A DNA stretch of 64,000 bases from Ignavibacteriota bacterium (GTDB taxonomy: Bacteria > Bacteroidota > Ignavibacteria > UBA10030), in assembly GCA_963727825.1 (NCBI GenBank), contig CAVSHO010000009.1, positions 608,001 through 672,000 on the forward strand, in the 5' to 3' direction. The position numbers and the translations under genes were made by a program. The notes beneath the pieces are model-generated. The model searched no databases. It was not told the DNA's origin and saw nothing but the letters and a program-made list of their open reading frames with translations. Below are positions 18,741 through 29,134 of the stretch, piece by piece (position 1 is the first letter of the stretch; each line of letters opens with the position of its first letter).

Positions 18741-19459
18741 ATAGATTTGAGAATTTCTTTTCGCTCCCTGAACTTTTTTCCAAAGAAAACAAGAAACCGG
18801 TGATAATACTTCTCCTTGCACCGCTTGTTCTTGCAACGTGGAAATACTACGGTTCAAAATCGTTTTACCTTGCCCATCTCAGCGGCAAACTTGTAATTTT
18901 CAACAGCGCTGCTATGACAGCGGAGTGGTACAATTATTTGTCCGCTTTCTTTCTGCTTGGCGTAATTGCAGCTATAGTAATCAAATTCATTTTCAAAGAA
19001 TCTCTTGCTGATTATGGATTACAAATTGGCGATTGGAAATTCTGGATTCCCGCAGCACTGGTTGTGGGAGCGGTGATGGTAGCACTCTCCTATCCTTCGG
19101 CAAAGGATCCACAGTACATTGCAGAGTATCCTTTGTACAAAGGCGCCGGCGACTCGATGCAGATGTTTGCAATCCACGCTTTTGCCTATCTTATTTTTTA
19201 CTTCGGCTGGGAAATATTTTTTCGCGGATTCATGCAATTTGGATTGACCGACCGCTTCGGCGCATGGGGTGCAATACTTGTGCAGGTAGCGCTCTCGTGC
19301 ATAGTTCATATCGGCAAACCGGATAGTGAAATTTACAGTTCAATTCTCGGCGGCCTTGTATGGGGAATTATTGTATACCGGTCAAAATCACTCTGGCCAT
19401 CAATCATAACTCACTGGATACTTGGTGTTTCACTCGATTATTTTATTTGTTTTTACTAA
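18698..19459 (+). CDS. CPBP (CAAX/Abi) family intramembrane protease (likely start 18737)
   Basis: Multi-TM; WEIFFRG, HIGKPDSE, SIITHW motifs. Confidence 0.82.
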   Translation: MDFTAASTSEEKIMNRFENFFSLPELFSKENKKPVIILLLAPLVLATWKYYGSKSFYLAHLSGKLVIFNSAAMTAEWYNYLSAFFLLGVIAAIVIKFIFKESLADYGLQIGDWKFWIPAALVVGAVMVALSYPSAKDPQYIAEYPLYKGAGDSMQMFAIHAFAYLIFYFGWEIFFRGFMQFGLTDRFGAWGAILVQVALSCIVHIGKPDSEIYSSILGGLVWGIIVYRSKSLWPSIITHWILGVSLDYFICFY

Positions 19460-19462
19460 GAG

Positions 19463-19511
19463 AACCTTCCGAAGGTTTCATTTGATTGGACTCAAGTAGC
19501 CTTCGGAAGGT
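19463..19511. repeat. Inverted pair of small palindromes (REP doublet-like)
   Basis: AACCTTCCGAAGGTT and CCTTCGGAAGGT. Confidence 0.5.
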
Positions 19512-19531
19512 ATCCTAAGATTAGAAAAACT

Positions 19532-20443
19532 ATGACAAATAAACGACTCGCAATTGGCAAACTCCAACTCCGTGCGACAGATGGATTAATTCTTGCAACA
19601 CTAGGTTTCTTTAGCCTGCTTACAATCATCTTTTATTATCGGATCGATGGTTGGTGGATGCTCGTTCTAAAGAATGTCACCGTCGCCATTGCGTATATTC
19701 TCTTTAACCAATTCAGCGAACACGCAAAGAAAAAATTCTGGAAGTTCCTTCTCCGCATGACTTCAATTATATTTGCCTATGCGTATCTCTTCGGAGCTGT
19801 TGATAAATTGCAGATGCTCATTTACGGGCATTGGATGGATGATTATGTCCTTGATTTTGAACAATGGGTGTTTACCGTGCAGCCAACACTTTGGATAGAA
19901 GACTTCATTTCTAAACCGCTGACCGAATGGATGATGTTCTCTTACGTGATTTACGTTCCAATGTATCCTATTCTTTGTGGTATCATCTACTATATGCGCG
20001 GCGAACTGGCAATGGAAGATTGTTTTTTCACTCTTGGGTTCACAAATATTCTTTGCGATATTGGTTTCATTCTTTTTCCAGTTGCGAGCCCGATGCATTA
20101 CATCAAACAGTTATATACTGTTCCGTTGGATGGCTGGGTCTGGACATTTCTTGGTGAGTGCATGCGAAAGTATTTACACTATGCCGGCGGATCAATTCCA
20201 AGTCCGCATGCAGCTGCCGCAACTATTATGTGGGTAATGGCATATCGTTATCATCGTCCCTCATTCTGGATTTTGACGCCCATAATACTGTCCCTTTACG
20301 TTTCAACATTTTATTGCCGTTATCATTACGTAACAGATGTTGTGGTTGGAGTACTTGTAGCGTTTCTCGCAATTGCCATCGCACCTTTATTGATGAAAAT
20401 GTGGGATAATTTAGCAACACGCAAAATTGTCTCATCCATTTGA
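19532..20443 (+). CDS. PAP2 superfamily membrane protein (AUR1/inositol-phosphoceramide-synthase-like)
   Basis: LFPVASP, IPSPHAA, STFYCRYHYVTDVVVG. Confidence 0.82.
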   Translation: MTNKRLAIGKLQLRATDGLILATLGFFSLLTIIFYYRIDGWWMLVLKNVTVAIAYILFNQFSEHAKKKFWKFLLRMTSIIFAYAYLFGAVDKLQMLIYGHWMDDYVLDFEQWVFTVQPTLWIEDFISKPLTEWMMFSYVIYVPMYPILCGIIYYMRGELAMEDCFFTLGFTNILCDIGFILFPVASPMHYIKQLYTVPLDGWVWTFLGECMRKYLHYAGGSIPSPHAAAATIMWVMAYRYHRPSFWILTPIILSLYVSTFYCRYHYVTDVVVGVLVAFLAIAIAPLLMKMWDNLATRKIVSSI

Positions 20444-20533
20444 TTTAATAAAATTGATATAATACTTATTCACTATTCATATATTATCTGCTTCAACTCT
20501 TAGCACTCTACATTCATAATAAAGGAGTATGTT

Positions 20534-22054
20534 ATGAAAAAGAATGTTTATTTACACGTCTTCATTTTTTGCTGGTTGACCGTTATTGGTTCCATTTCTC
20601 CGGCGCAAATAAAACAATCTGCCAGCGAACGAACATCGGTCGATTTAACAATTTATAATCAAAATCTGGCACTCGTTCGCGAAGAACGGTCAATCGATTT
20701 ATTAAAAGGATTGAACCGTATAATCATTCCCGATATTCCAGCCACAATTGATGGCACATCGCTTCATTTTTCCAGCCTCACCGACCCGTCGGCAGTAAAA
20801 GTGATTGAACAAAATTATCAGTACGATCTTGTTCACCAAGCTAAGTTACTGGAAAAATATATTGGCAAAGAAGTAGAATTCATCCGAACGGACAATGAAT
20901 CAAAGAAAGATTATACCGTCAAAGGAAAACTGCTCGCCACCGGATGGCAACCGCAGCTAAATTATAATCCGTACAGCGGCAGCGCACCGTATTACATGTC
21001 AGGACAAATGATCGCTGAAATCAACGGAAAGATTGAAATCTCGCCGGAAGGCATGCTTATCCTTCCTGCTTTGCCGGAAGGATTAATCCTCAAACCGCAG
21101 CTTGAATGGCTCGTGACAAATTCCAACCAGGGTCAGCATAAAACAGAAATAAGTTATTTAGCCGGTCAATTGACTTGGAGTTGCAATTATGTTGCACTAC
21201 TTGATGCAAATGATTCACAGATTGATTTAACCGGTTGGGTAACAATAACAAATAATTCCGGCACAACTTTCAAAAATGCAGGTCTAAAGTTAGTTGCAGG
21301 CGATGTGAATCTTGTTAAAGAAGGACAAACAGGATATGCTTTAAGAAAATCGGACTTGATGGAAACTAACGCCGCGGCTCCTCAATTCCAGCAAAAAGAA
21401 CTTTTTGAATACAAACTTTACTCGCTGCAACGCAAGACAGACATCAGCAATAACGAGACAAAACAAATCGAACTTACTTCAGCAAAAAATATCTCCGCAG
21501 AAAAGGTTTTCATTTATGACGGATTGTCTAATCAGTGGCGGTACTGGTCTAACAATTATTCATATCGCGAGCAGGGAAGTTTTGGTCAACAATCGAATAA
21601 AAAGATTGGTGTATTCGTAACATTCAAAAACGAAGAGAAATCCGGACTTGGTATTGCACTGCCAAAAGGCAAAGTGCGCGTCTATAAACGTGACGATGAC
21701 GGCAAGGAACAATTTGTGGGCGAAGATGAAATTGACCACACACCGAAGGATGAAGAAATTAAACTCTATCTCGGCAACGCATTTGACATCGTCGGCGAAC
21801 ACACTCAGCAAAACTTCCGCGTTGTCGTTCCCGGACACGTTGTTGATGAAACATTTGAAATTAAAGTACGCAACCATAAATCCGAACCTGTGGAAGTACT
21901 GGTATATGAACATCCTTGGCGCTGGAATGAATGGGATATTACCAAGAGCACTGCCGAGTGGGAGAAAGTGGATCAGACAACGATCAAGTTTCCAGTGAGG
22001 CTGAAGAAAGATGAAGAGAAAGTAATTACCTATACGATACGATATAACTGGTAG
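20534..22054 (+). CDS. DUF4139 domain exported protein
   Basis: LTIYNQNLALVREER, EQNYQYDL, GWVTITNNSG, LVAGDVN, GEDEIDHTPKDE, LGNAFDI. Confidence 0.85.
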   Translation: MKKNVYLHVFIFCWLTVIGSISPAQIKQSASERTSVDLTIYNQNLALVREERSIDLLKGLNRIIIPDIPATIDGTSLHFSSLTDPSAVKVIEQNYQYDLVHQAKLLEKYIGKEVEFIRTDNESKKDYTVKGKLLATGWQPQLNYNPYSGSAPYYMSGQMIAEINGKIEISPEGMLILPALPEGLILKPQLEWLVTNSNQGQHKTEISYLAGQLTWSCNYVALLDANDSQIDLTGWVTITNNSGTTFKNAGLKLVAGDVNLVKEGQTGYALRKSDLMETNAAAPQFQQKELFEYKLYSLQRKTDISNNETKQIELTSAKNISAEKVFIYDGLSNQWRYWSNNYSYREQGSFGQQSNKKIGVFVTFKNEEKSGLGIALPKGKVRVYKRDDDGKEQFVGEDEIDHTPKDEEIKLYLGNAFDIVGEHTQQNFRVVVPGHVVDETFEIKVRNHKSEPVEVLVYEHPWRWNEWDITKSTAEWEKVDQTTIKFPVRLKKDEEKVITYTIRYNW

Positions 22055-22116
22055 GTGATTTTACTGATTGCCCCGATTTCACACAGATAATAGATTTCGC
22101 TGATTGTTTTTTAGTG

Positions 22117-22198
22117 GCGTCAGGAGTTATCTCCTGACGCTAACATTTGTGATATCTTAGTTTTTAATATGGCAGTGTCAGGACAAAAGTCCTGACAC
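22117..22198. repeat. Two REP-like palindromes GTCAGGA-n-TCCTGAC between convergent genes
   Basis: GCGTCAGGAGTTATCTCCTGACGC (22117) and GTGTCAGGACAAAAGTCCTGACAC (22175); third copy at 36265. Confidence 0.65.
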
Positions 22199-22221
22199 AA
22201 CATTTTCTACGAAGTTCCCTA

Positions 22222-23598
22222 TCATCCAACCGACTCCGCCGCTTTTCTTCCGCTCATCACCGCTCCTTCGATAGTGGCAGGATAACCGGTTGCAGTCCAA
22301 TCGCCAGCAAGAAAAAAGTTGTCAAATTCTGTTCGCGCACTTGGACGCAACGCTTCAAGTCCAGGTGAAGGCAAAAACGTAGCTCGCTTCTCTTTGATCA
22401 CCAACGAGTGAATAACTTTTGCATTCTGTGCTTGAGGCAAGACCCGGCGTAAATCTTCCATCGCAATTTCTACCAATTGTTTTTTATTCAAATTGACAAA
22501 TTCGTCGGCACTGCTGATAACCATCGAAAGATATTGACGAATTGCTGTTCCTGCTCTTTTCTCATTCAACAATTTACTTTTATTGAAGATCCATTGGATA
22601 CGAGTCTCCAGCAATGCGGCAAAATCGAGATCAGTAATTTCCCGGTCGAGCCAGAGATGAATGGAGATGATAGGTGAAGATTTAAAACTCCTTATTAAGT
22701 TGTCATCTAAAATGACAGCTCCTCGATTATGTTCCTGTTTTGATTTGTAATGATTTGCCAATAGAATTTCCTCAAACGAATACCAGGGAATTGCGCTGAT
22801 GAATGACTTTCCTTGAAGTTCCTTCCCTTCCAAGGTTCTCACTGATCGAACATGTGCCCCTTCCAATATCATACTCTCTACGCCAACGCCGGTACGCACT
22901 TCACCACCGTGAGTTTTTATGAATTGCACCGCCGGATCCACAAATAATTCACTCAATCCGACGTTCGGAATTAACAGGCTTGCATTTTCGCTTTTTCCAA
23001 GGAATGCTGAACGCAAAACACGGAATAATATCAGTGCCGAAACATTCTTTGGATAGTTGTTCAGCGCGCCAATCGTAATCACGTCCCACAAATACTTTCT
23101 ACTGACGTCAGACTGCCTCAACTTTACGAGCCATTCTTCTACGGTGAGCCGATCCAATTCCAGTTCTTTCTCAGGCGATGTGTTAATCAATTCTTTAACA
23201 ACCATAAGCAATCTTAACCGATCTTTGAACGGAATTGCTGTGAACCCAAGCAACCCACCCAACAAGTGTAAAGGTGCAGGAAACCGGGCACACAGAAGCA
23301 GAATATCATTTTGGGATGGACACAAATACTTAATCCGAAGCGATGGCTGGAGAAAAGCAAGATGATCGGTCCCAATTAGTTTTAGAAACCGGCGCGTCGC
23401 GTGGTAACACCCCATCATCAGATGCTGACCGTTATCCACAAAGCTGTCCGTCGCGGCATTGAAATAAGACTGTGTACGTCCACCGCAATGCTGGTGTTGT
23501 TCCAATAATAAGATTTTACGTCCGAGCGCAGATAATTCCACTGCTGCACTTAAACCGCTTAACCCGCCGCCGATAATTATTGCATCATAATTATACAT
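22222..23598 (-). CDS. hpnE: Hydroxysqualene dehydroxylase HpnE (squalene-associated FAD oxidoreductase)
   Basis: IIGGGLSGLSAA, DNGQHLMMGCY, EKRATF, AGDWTATGYPATIEGAVMSG. Confidence 0.85.
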   Translation of the reverse strand: MYNYDAIIIGGGLSGLSAAVELSALGRKILLLEQHQHCGGRTQSYFNAATDSFVDNGQHLMMGCYHATRRFLKLIGTDHLAFLQPSLRIKYLCPSQNDILLLCARFPAPLHLLGGLLGFTAIPFKDRLRLLMVVKELINTSPEKELELDRLTVEEWLVKLRQSDVSRKYLWDVITIGALNNYPKNVSALILFRVLRSAFLGKSENASLLIPNVGLSELFVDPAVQFIKTHGGEVRTGVGVESMILEGAHVRSVRTLEGKELQGKSFISAIPWYSFEEILLANHYKSKQEHNRGAVILDDNLIRSFKSSPIISIHLWLDREITDLDFAALLETRIQWIFNKSKLLNEKRAGTAIRQYLSMVISSADEFVNLNKKQLVEIAMEDLRRVLPQAQNAKVIHSLVIKEKRATFLPSPGLEALRPSARTEFDNFFLAGDWTATGYPATIEGAVMSGRKAAESVG

Positions 23599-23761
23599 AC
23601 ACTTCTCTCATTATGAGAATAATAAAATATCATTTCAAATTCATGATATTCTGAAATGCGCGCGTGTAGGTATCTTGACTTTGTTCACAAAACTTATACT
23701 TTAAGGATGAATTTGTGCTTTAAGAAAGTGAAGTGTCCCTACCAAAAAAATCAAGACAAAC

Positions 23762-26626
23762 GTGAAAGAACTATTCACACAACTGGCCGAAGCACTTCAG
23801 AAAGAACTTGAGCAGCTCAAGGCTACTCGCCGCGAGATACGTCTGTTTAGCGGCGAACGCATCGGAGCATTTGCTGGATACACTTACTACCGTTTTGAAA
23901 TTCCCGAAGATATTATTCTCCGCACTACGGAACGTGCTACATTTACATTTGGCCAGCAGCAACCCGTCGGCGTTATCGGCAATATCATTGCTATAGAAAA
24001 TCAATTTTTCATTGTTGCCTTGCCTCAAAATTTCGGCTCGTCTTTGCCGGAGACGAAATGTTCTTGGAATTATGAGGATGAACACAAGCCGATTATTGAT
24101 TTGCTTAAGAGAATTGATGTGAAATCCATTATTCCGCAGTTGCTCTTCGATCCGGCAGATAAAAGAAATAGTCACATCGTTAGTTTTGAAACAAGCGGTG
24201 TTGCGACCACGCCGCATGACCAAATAGAGACAGTGAAAAAGATTTTGCAGAACAGGGTCACTATGGTTTGGGGTCCTATTCTCTCCGGTAAGACAAATGT
24301 ATTAGCGCTTACTGCACTTAGTTATATAAAAGCCGGCCGAAAGGTACTGTTCGTTGCTCCGTCTAACGATGATGTTGATTCGATGCTTTTAAAAACCGTA
24401 AGCGTCGGAGAACAACTTGGGGTTAAGATGACAAAGTTTGCCGCGCGCGTCGATCTTCCATCCCCTGGTGTGTTCGATGCAATTGCGCCGTACTCGTTTG
24501 AGAACCAAGTAGAAACAGCAAAAGCGGAAAAGCGCAAGGTGTTTCAAGAACGAGTGACGCTATTGAACACTTATTGGCAAGTTAAGATTAAGCAAATTCT
24601 TCATGAGGACTTCTATCATAGGGTGCAAGAGAAACGTGATCGGTTAGCAGAGCTTCGTAAGAAAATCGAACAGACATCGAATGAAATTACTCAACTTAAT
24701 CAAATCATAGTCGAATTGGAAAATTCATCACTTATCGAGCGGATGAAAAAGGGATTTTCCAAAAATGATATCGATCACGCACAGGAACAACTGATACGGC
24801 AGCAACAGAATCATAAACGCTTGCTTTCTATTCAGCAGACGATATCTAACGAAATCACAGCGATCGAACTCAACGCGCCAATCACGCCTCAGGAACAAAT
24901 GGAATTTAGAGAAACCAGTAAGAGAATTGATGAGTTGGGCGGGTTGGAGAAAGTTGCAAAGGCAGTAGAGGATTTTATTTCTGTTGACGAACATGCATTG
25001 TTACAATCAAAGCTTTTCATTGCTACCGGTATTTCCGCGGCATTGATAGATCCTGCTATACGCAACCAACAGTTCGATCTCGTTATTGTAGATGAAGCGC
25101 AACGTGTTAACTTGCCCACACTCGCTGCATTATCAATGCTGGCGCGAGATAAATTTGTCATTGCGGGCGATCCATTCCAAGTGGAGCCCGAGTCAATTTT
25201 CACGGATGAGCAAGGTGAGTATTGGCTTCAGCGGGATATTTTTCTACACGTTGCACAGACAACAGAGCTGCATCGGCTTTTTGAATGGGCAGAACAAAAT
25301 CCGCGTTGGTCCATTTTTATGAAATCGCATTATGCTACTACTCCTAAATTATCGTCGTTTATGGCATCGGTTTTATTTGATGAAAAGATAAATGTTCATG
25401 TTTCGCCTAAGGCAAAAGGTCGAATTTACTTTTTTGACACAAGTATAATTCATTCACGCTGTAAACAATATGCCGGCAAGAAAAAAATTCTTCCTTATAA
25501 TCAACTCCATACAAAGCAAGTTATCGAATGCGTCAAGCATGCGCTAATGGAACCAAATCGAATTGCATTGGATGTGGGAGTTATTCTTCCGTTCACCGGT
25601 CCAACACTTTACACTAAACTTCAATTGCGGATTCAGGGAATAAAGAATGTTGAAGTAGGCACACCGCAAAGTTTTTGCGACCGACGTAAAAATGCAATTA
25701 TTTTTGATACAACAATGGCAGGCGTGGATTATACCATGCGCTCTATCGATGATAAAAAGATTGGTGAGCATAAAATTGCGCGTCTCTTTAACACGGTTTT
25801 TTCCTGCGTTGGCGAAGATTTATATGTAATTGCAGATATGTCTCACTTTAGATCTTCATACCAAGACCGCCTCTTCACCCGGTTATTGATGTTGCTTCAA
25901 GCGCAGGCGGATGATCAGCAATTATCATGTGCAAACGCTGTAAAAAAATTCGAAGATCTATCTCAAAAGCAGATGGAAGAAATTTATACATTGTACCGAA
26001 ATAAGCCGCTGGCAGTTATTCCGAAAACTGCAGTTGATGCTCCAAAAGAGAAAGTAGATCATGAACTCGAAATTCAGATGAAAATGATGGCAAAGCAATG
26101 GGAAACGAAACTTGCTGCTAATACAGGACACGACAAGGAACGAGAAGTTTTCACCGCGGTACAGCGTGTTCTCGGCTGGCGCACAGATGTAAATTTTGTG
26201 TCACAATTCATTGGAGGCGATCTGATCTTCCGCAATTCATTTTCAACGGAATCGGCAATACGCAAACTACCTTTTGATATCTGCGAAAATGAGAAACATT
26301 TCCGCGATATAATGGAAAAATGGAATTTGCTTATATACGAAATGTCCGGCGGCCAGAATACCGATTTGTCTTTCTTTGCAAGTAAAGGCCCAGAAGCACG
26401 TGTTAGGCAGGATATTCGAAACCTTCGCGCTTATTATTCTTCCGATGTTGAAGCTGTAATTGAAGAAGGCAAAAAGAAAATCGCTGTAGAAGTAGCACGC
26501 GTATTTCAGGAATTACTAGGCAAAAGCAGACCAAACAGTCCAGCCGAATATTCAACTGCGTATCTAAACTTCCTCACGCGCTTGGAAGCGTACCTTAGCT
26601 GGACTTCAGATCAAGTGCGCCGATAA
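23762..26626 (+). CDS. SF1 helicase-like protein (DNA2/NAM7/UPF1 type) with coiled-coil insert and degenerate C-terminal motifs
   Basis: WGPILSGKT, APSN, DEAQ, GDPFQ present; motifs V and VI altered. Confidence 0.75.
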   Translation: MKELFTQLAEALQKELEQLKATRREIRLFSGERIGAFAGYTYYRFEIPEDIILRTTERATFTFGQQQPVGVIGNIIAIENQFFIVALPQNFGSSLPETKCSWNYEDEHKPIIDLLKRIDVKSIIPQLLFDPADKRNSHIVSFETSGVATTPHDQIETVKKILQNRVTMVWGPILSGKTNVLALTALSYIKAGRKVLFVAPSNDDVDSMLLKTVSVGEQLGVKMTKFAARVDLPSPGVFDAIAPYSFENQVETAKAEKRKVFQERVTLLNTYWQVKIKQILHEDFYHRVQEKRDRLAELRKKIEQTSNEITQLNQIIVELENSSLIERMKKGFSKNDIDHAQEQLIRQQQNHKRLLSIQQTISNEITAIELNAPITPQEQMEFRETSKRIDELGGLEKVAKAVEDFISVDEHALLQSKLFIATGISAALIDPAIRNQQFDLVIVDEAQRVNLPTLAALSMLARDKFVIAGDPFQVEPESIFTDEQGEYWLQRDIFLHVAQTTELHRLFEWAEQNPRWSIFMKSHYATTPKLSSFMASVLFDEKINVHVSPKAKGRIYFFDTSIIHSRCKQYAGKKKILPYNQLHTKQVIECVKHALMEPNRIALDVGVILPFTGPTLYTKLQLRIQGIKNVEVGTPQSFCDRRKNAIIFDTTMAGVDYTMRSIDDKKIGEHKIARLFNTVFSCVGEDLYVIADMSHFRSSYQDRLFTRLLMLLQAQADDQQLSCANAVKKFEDLSQKQMEEIYTLYRNKPLAVIPKTAVDAPKEKVDHELEIQMKMMAKQWETKLAANTGHDKEREVFTAVQRVLGWRTDVNFVSQFIGGDLIFRNSFSTESAIRKLPFDICENEKHFRDIMEKWNLLIYEMSGGQNTDLSFFASKGPEARVRQDIRNLRAYYSSDVEAVIEEGKKKIAVEVARVFQELLGKSRPNSPAEYSTAYLNFLTRLEAYLSWTSDQVRR

Positions 26627-26745
26627 CGCTGAGGTGACTGTGCCAAGCATAAGGGAATACTGTTTTTTTCCCACCTTCAATCTCTTCCTTGAAGCATGAA
26701 ACATAATCGACTATATTAACTTTATCTATAGAAAGATTATCTATA

Positions 26746-28047
26746 ATGTTCATGCAATACATCATTGATGTTTTAGTAATTCTTCTCTTCGTTTTCCTAA
26801 ACGGATTTTTTGTCGCTGCTGAGTTTGCCATTGTCAAAGTGCGACTTACACAAATTGAACCGTTAGTGATCAAAGGAAACTGGCATGCCAAAATCGCTCG
26901 AGAGATGCTACTTCACTCAACCGCATATCTTTCGGCGACACAATTGGGAATTACCATGACTTCATTGGTTCTTGGATGGATCGGTGAACCGCTCGCTGCA
27001 AAAATGTTGCTTCCCGTATTTCAATGGATCGGGATTATTCAACCCAGTATTATTCATGGCGTTTCTTTCGCAGTCGCATTTGCGCTAATAACCACTGTCC
27101 ATATTGTCGTGGGTGAACAAGCGCCGAAAGTGCTTGCTATTCAAAAATCCCGAGAAACCATTCTTCTGATTTCTTCACCAATGCGTATTTTTTTCTTCCT
27201 ATTCAAACCAATTATTACTTTACTGAACACATCCTCCAACAACTTGCTTCGACTAATCGGAATTAAGGCATCCGCAGATTCTGAATTAGCTAATACAGAA
27301 GAAGAACTCCGCCTAATTCTTGCTCACGACACTCACGTCTCCACCACTACGCGAAACATCGCGCTCAATGCTATGGATTTTCACCTGAAACAAGCACGGC
27401 ATTCAATGATTCCTCGTAGAGAGATTATTGCACTATCTGCACTTGCTCCGGTTAAGGAAACTATATCCATAATGCGTACGAACAAGTTTTCCCGTTTTCC
27501 CGTTTTCAAAGATACAATTGACAATATTATCGGTGTCGTTTATACAAAAGACATATTCAAACATGACAAGCATTTGCAGACAGATTTTACGCTGAATTCT
27601 GTTCTCCGGGACGCAACATTTTTGCCGGAAACAGCTTCGCTCGAAAGAGTGCTGACCACAAGTCTACAGAAAAAGACCCACATGATAATTCTCGTCGATG
27701 AATATGGCGGCACAGCAGGCATCATCACACTGGAGAATGTGCTGGAAGAACTTGTTGGAAATATACAAGACGAGTTTGATAAAGAAATACCTGATATTCT
27801 AAAAATTGCTGAAAACGAATTTATTGTTGCCGGTTACATTACTACAAGCGATGTTGAACGGCTTTTTTCAATTGAACTTTCACCTTTAGACATTCGTTCA
27901 ATAGGGGGATTTATGATTGAGCGGCTTGGCCATATCCCCATTGTAGGTGAACATTTGCAGCTTAATGGCATTGAATTCACGACAGAAAAGGTTGCCGATA
28001 ACGCCGTTGAATCAATCCGAATAAAGAAATTACCAATAGTTAACTAG
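26746..28047 (+). CDS. CNNM/CBS/CorC 'hemolysin-family' membrane protein
   Basis: NGFFVAAEFAIV, QLGIT, VGEQAPK, FSRFPV, VDEYGGTAGIITLENVLEELVG. Confidence 0.92.
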   Translation: MFMQYIIDVLVILLFVFLNGFFVAAEFAIVKVRLTQIEPLVIKGNWHAKIAREMLLHSTAYLSATQLGITMTSLVLGWIGEPLAAKMLLPVFQWIGIIQPSIIHGVSFAVAFALITTVHIVVGEQAPKVLAIQKSRETILLISSPMRIFFFLFKPIITLLNTSSNNLLRLIGIKASADSELANTEEELRLILAHDTHVSTTTRNIALNAMDFHLKQARHSMIPRREIIALSALAPVKETISIMRTNKFSRFPVFKDTIDNIIGVVYTKDIFKHDKHLQTDFTLNSVLRDATFLPETASLERVLTTSLQKKTHMIILVDEYGGTAGIITLENVLEELVGNIQDEFDKEIPDILKIAENEFIVAGYITTSDVERLFSIELSPLDIRSIGGFMIERLGHIPIVGEHLQLNGIEFTTEKVADNAVESIRIKKLPIVN

Positions 28048-28078
28048 GACTGAATTTAGTATTTAAAAGAGTCTTTAT

Positions 28079-29134
28079 ATGCCAGATGCATCAGATCCAT
28101 TGGCACAGAATATCACTCAGACAGAAATAGAAACGAAAGCTGTTAACGATGTCTTTATCGGTATGGGCGGTTGGGAGTTGCCGCCTTTTGATGGAATATT
28201 TTATCCATCGAAACAGGAAAAAGGATTTCGCAAACTTGAATATTACAGCCGATTCTTTGATTTGGTTGAAGTGAATGCGACCTTTTACAATTCGTCATTA
28301 TCGCCGCAGCAGTCATTGCAATGGATAAAAGATGTAAGCGCAAATAAACGATTCGTATTTACTATAAAACTCTTTCGCGGTTTTACTCACACTTTTGATG
28401 CAACCAAGGACGACGCACTGGCAATACATCGGCTTCTAGAGCCATTGCGTGAAGCAAATAAATTTAGCGGACTGTTGATTCAATTCCCTTCAGCATTTTC
28501 AAAATCAAGTTCTCGGCTGGCGTATCTAATCAAGCTCCGTACGGCATTTCCAGAAGATCGTTTATTTCTAGATCTCCGGCACCGATCATGGAATGAAGAA
28601 CTATTCTATAAATTTTGTTATGAAAATGGTTTTAACCTTGCTAATATTGATTTACCACGTTTACCCGGACATATCCCTTTTAATTCTTTTGCATGGGATA
28701 GCGTTGCATATTTCCGAATGATGGGACGTAACGCATCGGCTTGGAATAAACCGAGAAATAACGACCGTTATCTGTATCCTTACAGCGAAGAAGAACTGCG
28801 AGACCTTGTTGAACGCATTAAGCATCTCAATACACAAACAACATACGTCGTATTTCATAATGATCGCCAGGCATTCTCGTTAGTGAACGGCAGGCAAGTT
28901 GAACATGCTTTAAGCCCTTCAAAACATCTGAACGCACCGATAAATCTTCTGGCGGCATTCCCACAATTAAAGATTTTTTGTGAGCCTCCATCCATCGATG
29001 ATGAACTATTTTCTCCAACACTCAAGCCAGAACCTTCCATTATTCACCGCAGCAAATTCCATCCCAATAATTCCACGGCTGACGCACCAATGTTACAAAG
29101 TCGCATTATTAAAAGGAAAAAGAATAAAAAATAA
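28079..29134 (+). CDS. DUF72 (YecE-like) protein
   Basis: IGMGGW, LEYYSRFFDLVEVNATFY, LIQFP, RHRSW, YPYSEEEL. Confidence 0.88.
   Translation: MPDASDPLAQNITQTEIETKAVNDVFIGMGGWELPPFDGIFYPSKQEKGFRKLEYYSRFFDLVEVNATFYNSSLSPQQSLQWIKDVSANKRFVFTIKLFRGFTHTFDATKDDALAIHRLLEPLREANKFSGLLIQFPSAFSKSSSRLAYLIKLRTAFPEDRLFLDLRHRSWNEELFYKFCYENGFNLANIDLPRLPGHIPFNSFAWDSVAYFRMMGRNASAWNKPRNNDRYLYPYSEEELRDLVERIKHLNTQTTYVVFHNDRQAFSLVNGRQVEHALSPSKHLNAPINLLAAFPQLKIFCEPPSIDDELFSPTLKPEPSIIHRSKFHPNNSTADAPMLQSRIIKRKKNKK

Noticed and set aside
22055-22106. Short GATTT/CAGAT tandem-like motifs after the DUF4139 gene
   Set aside because: Too short and degenerate to define a repeat unit.
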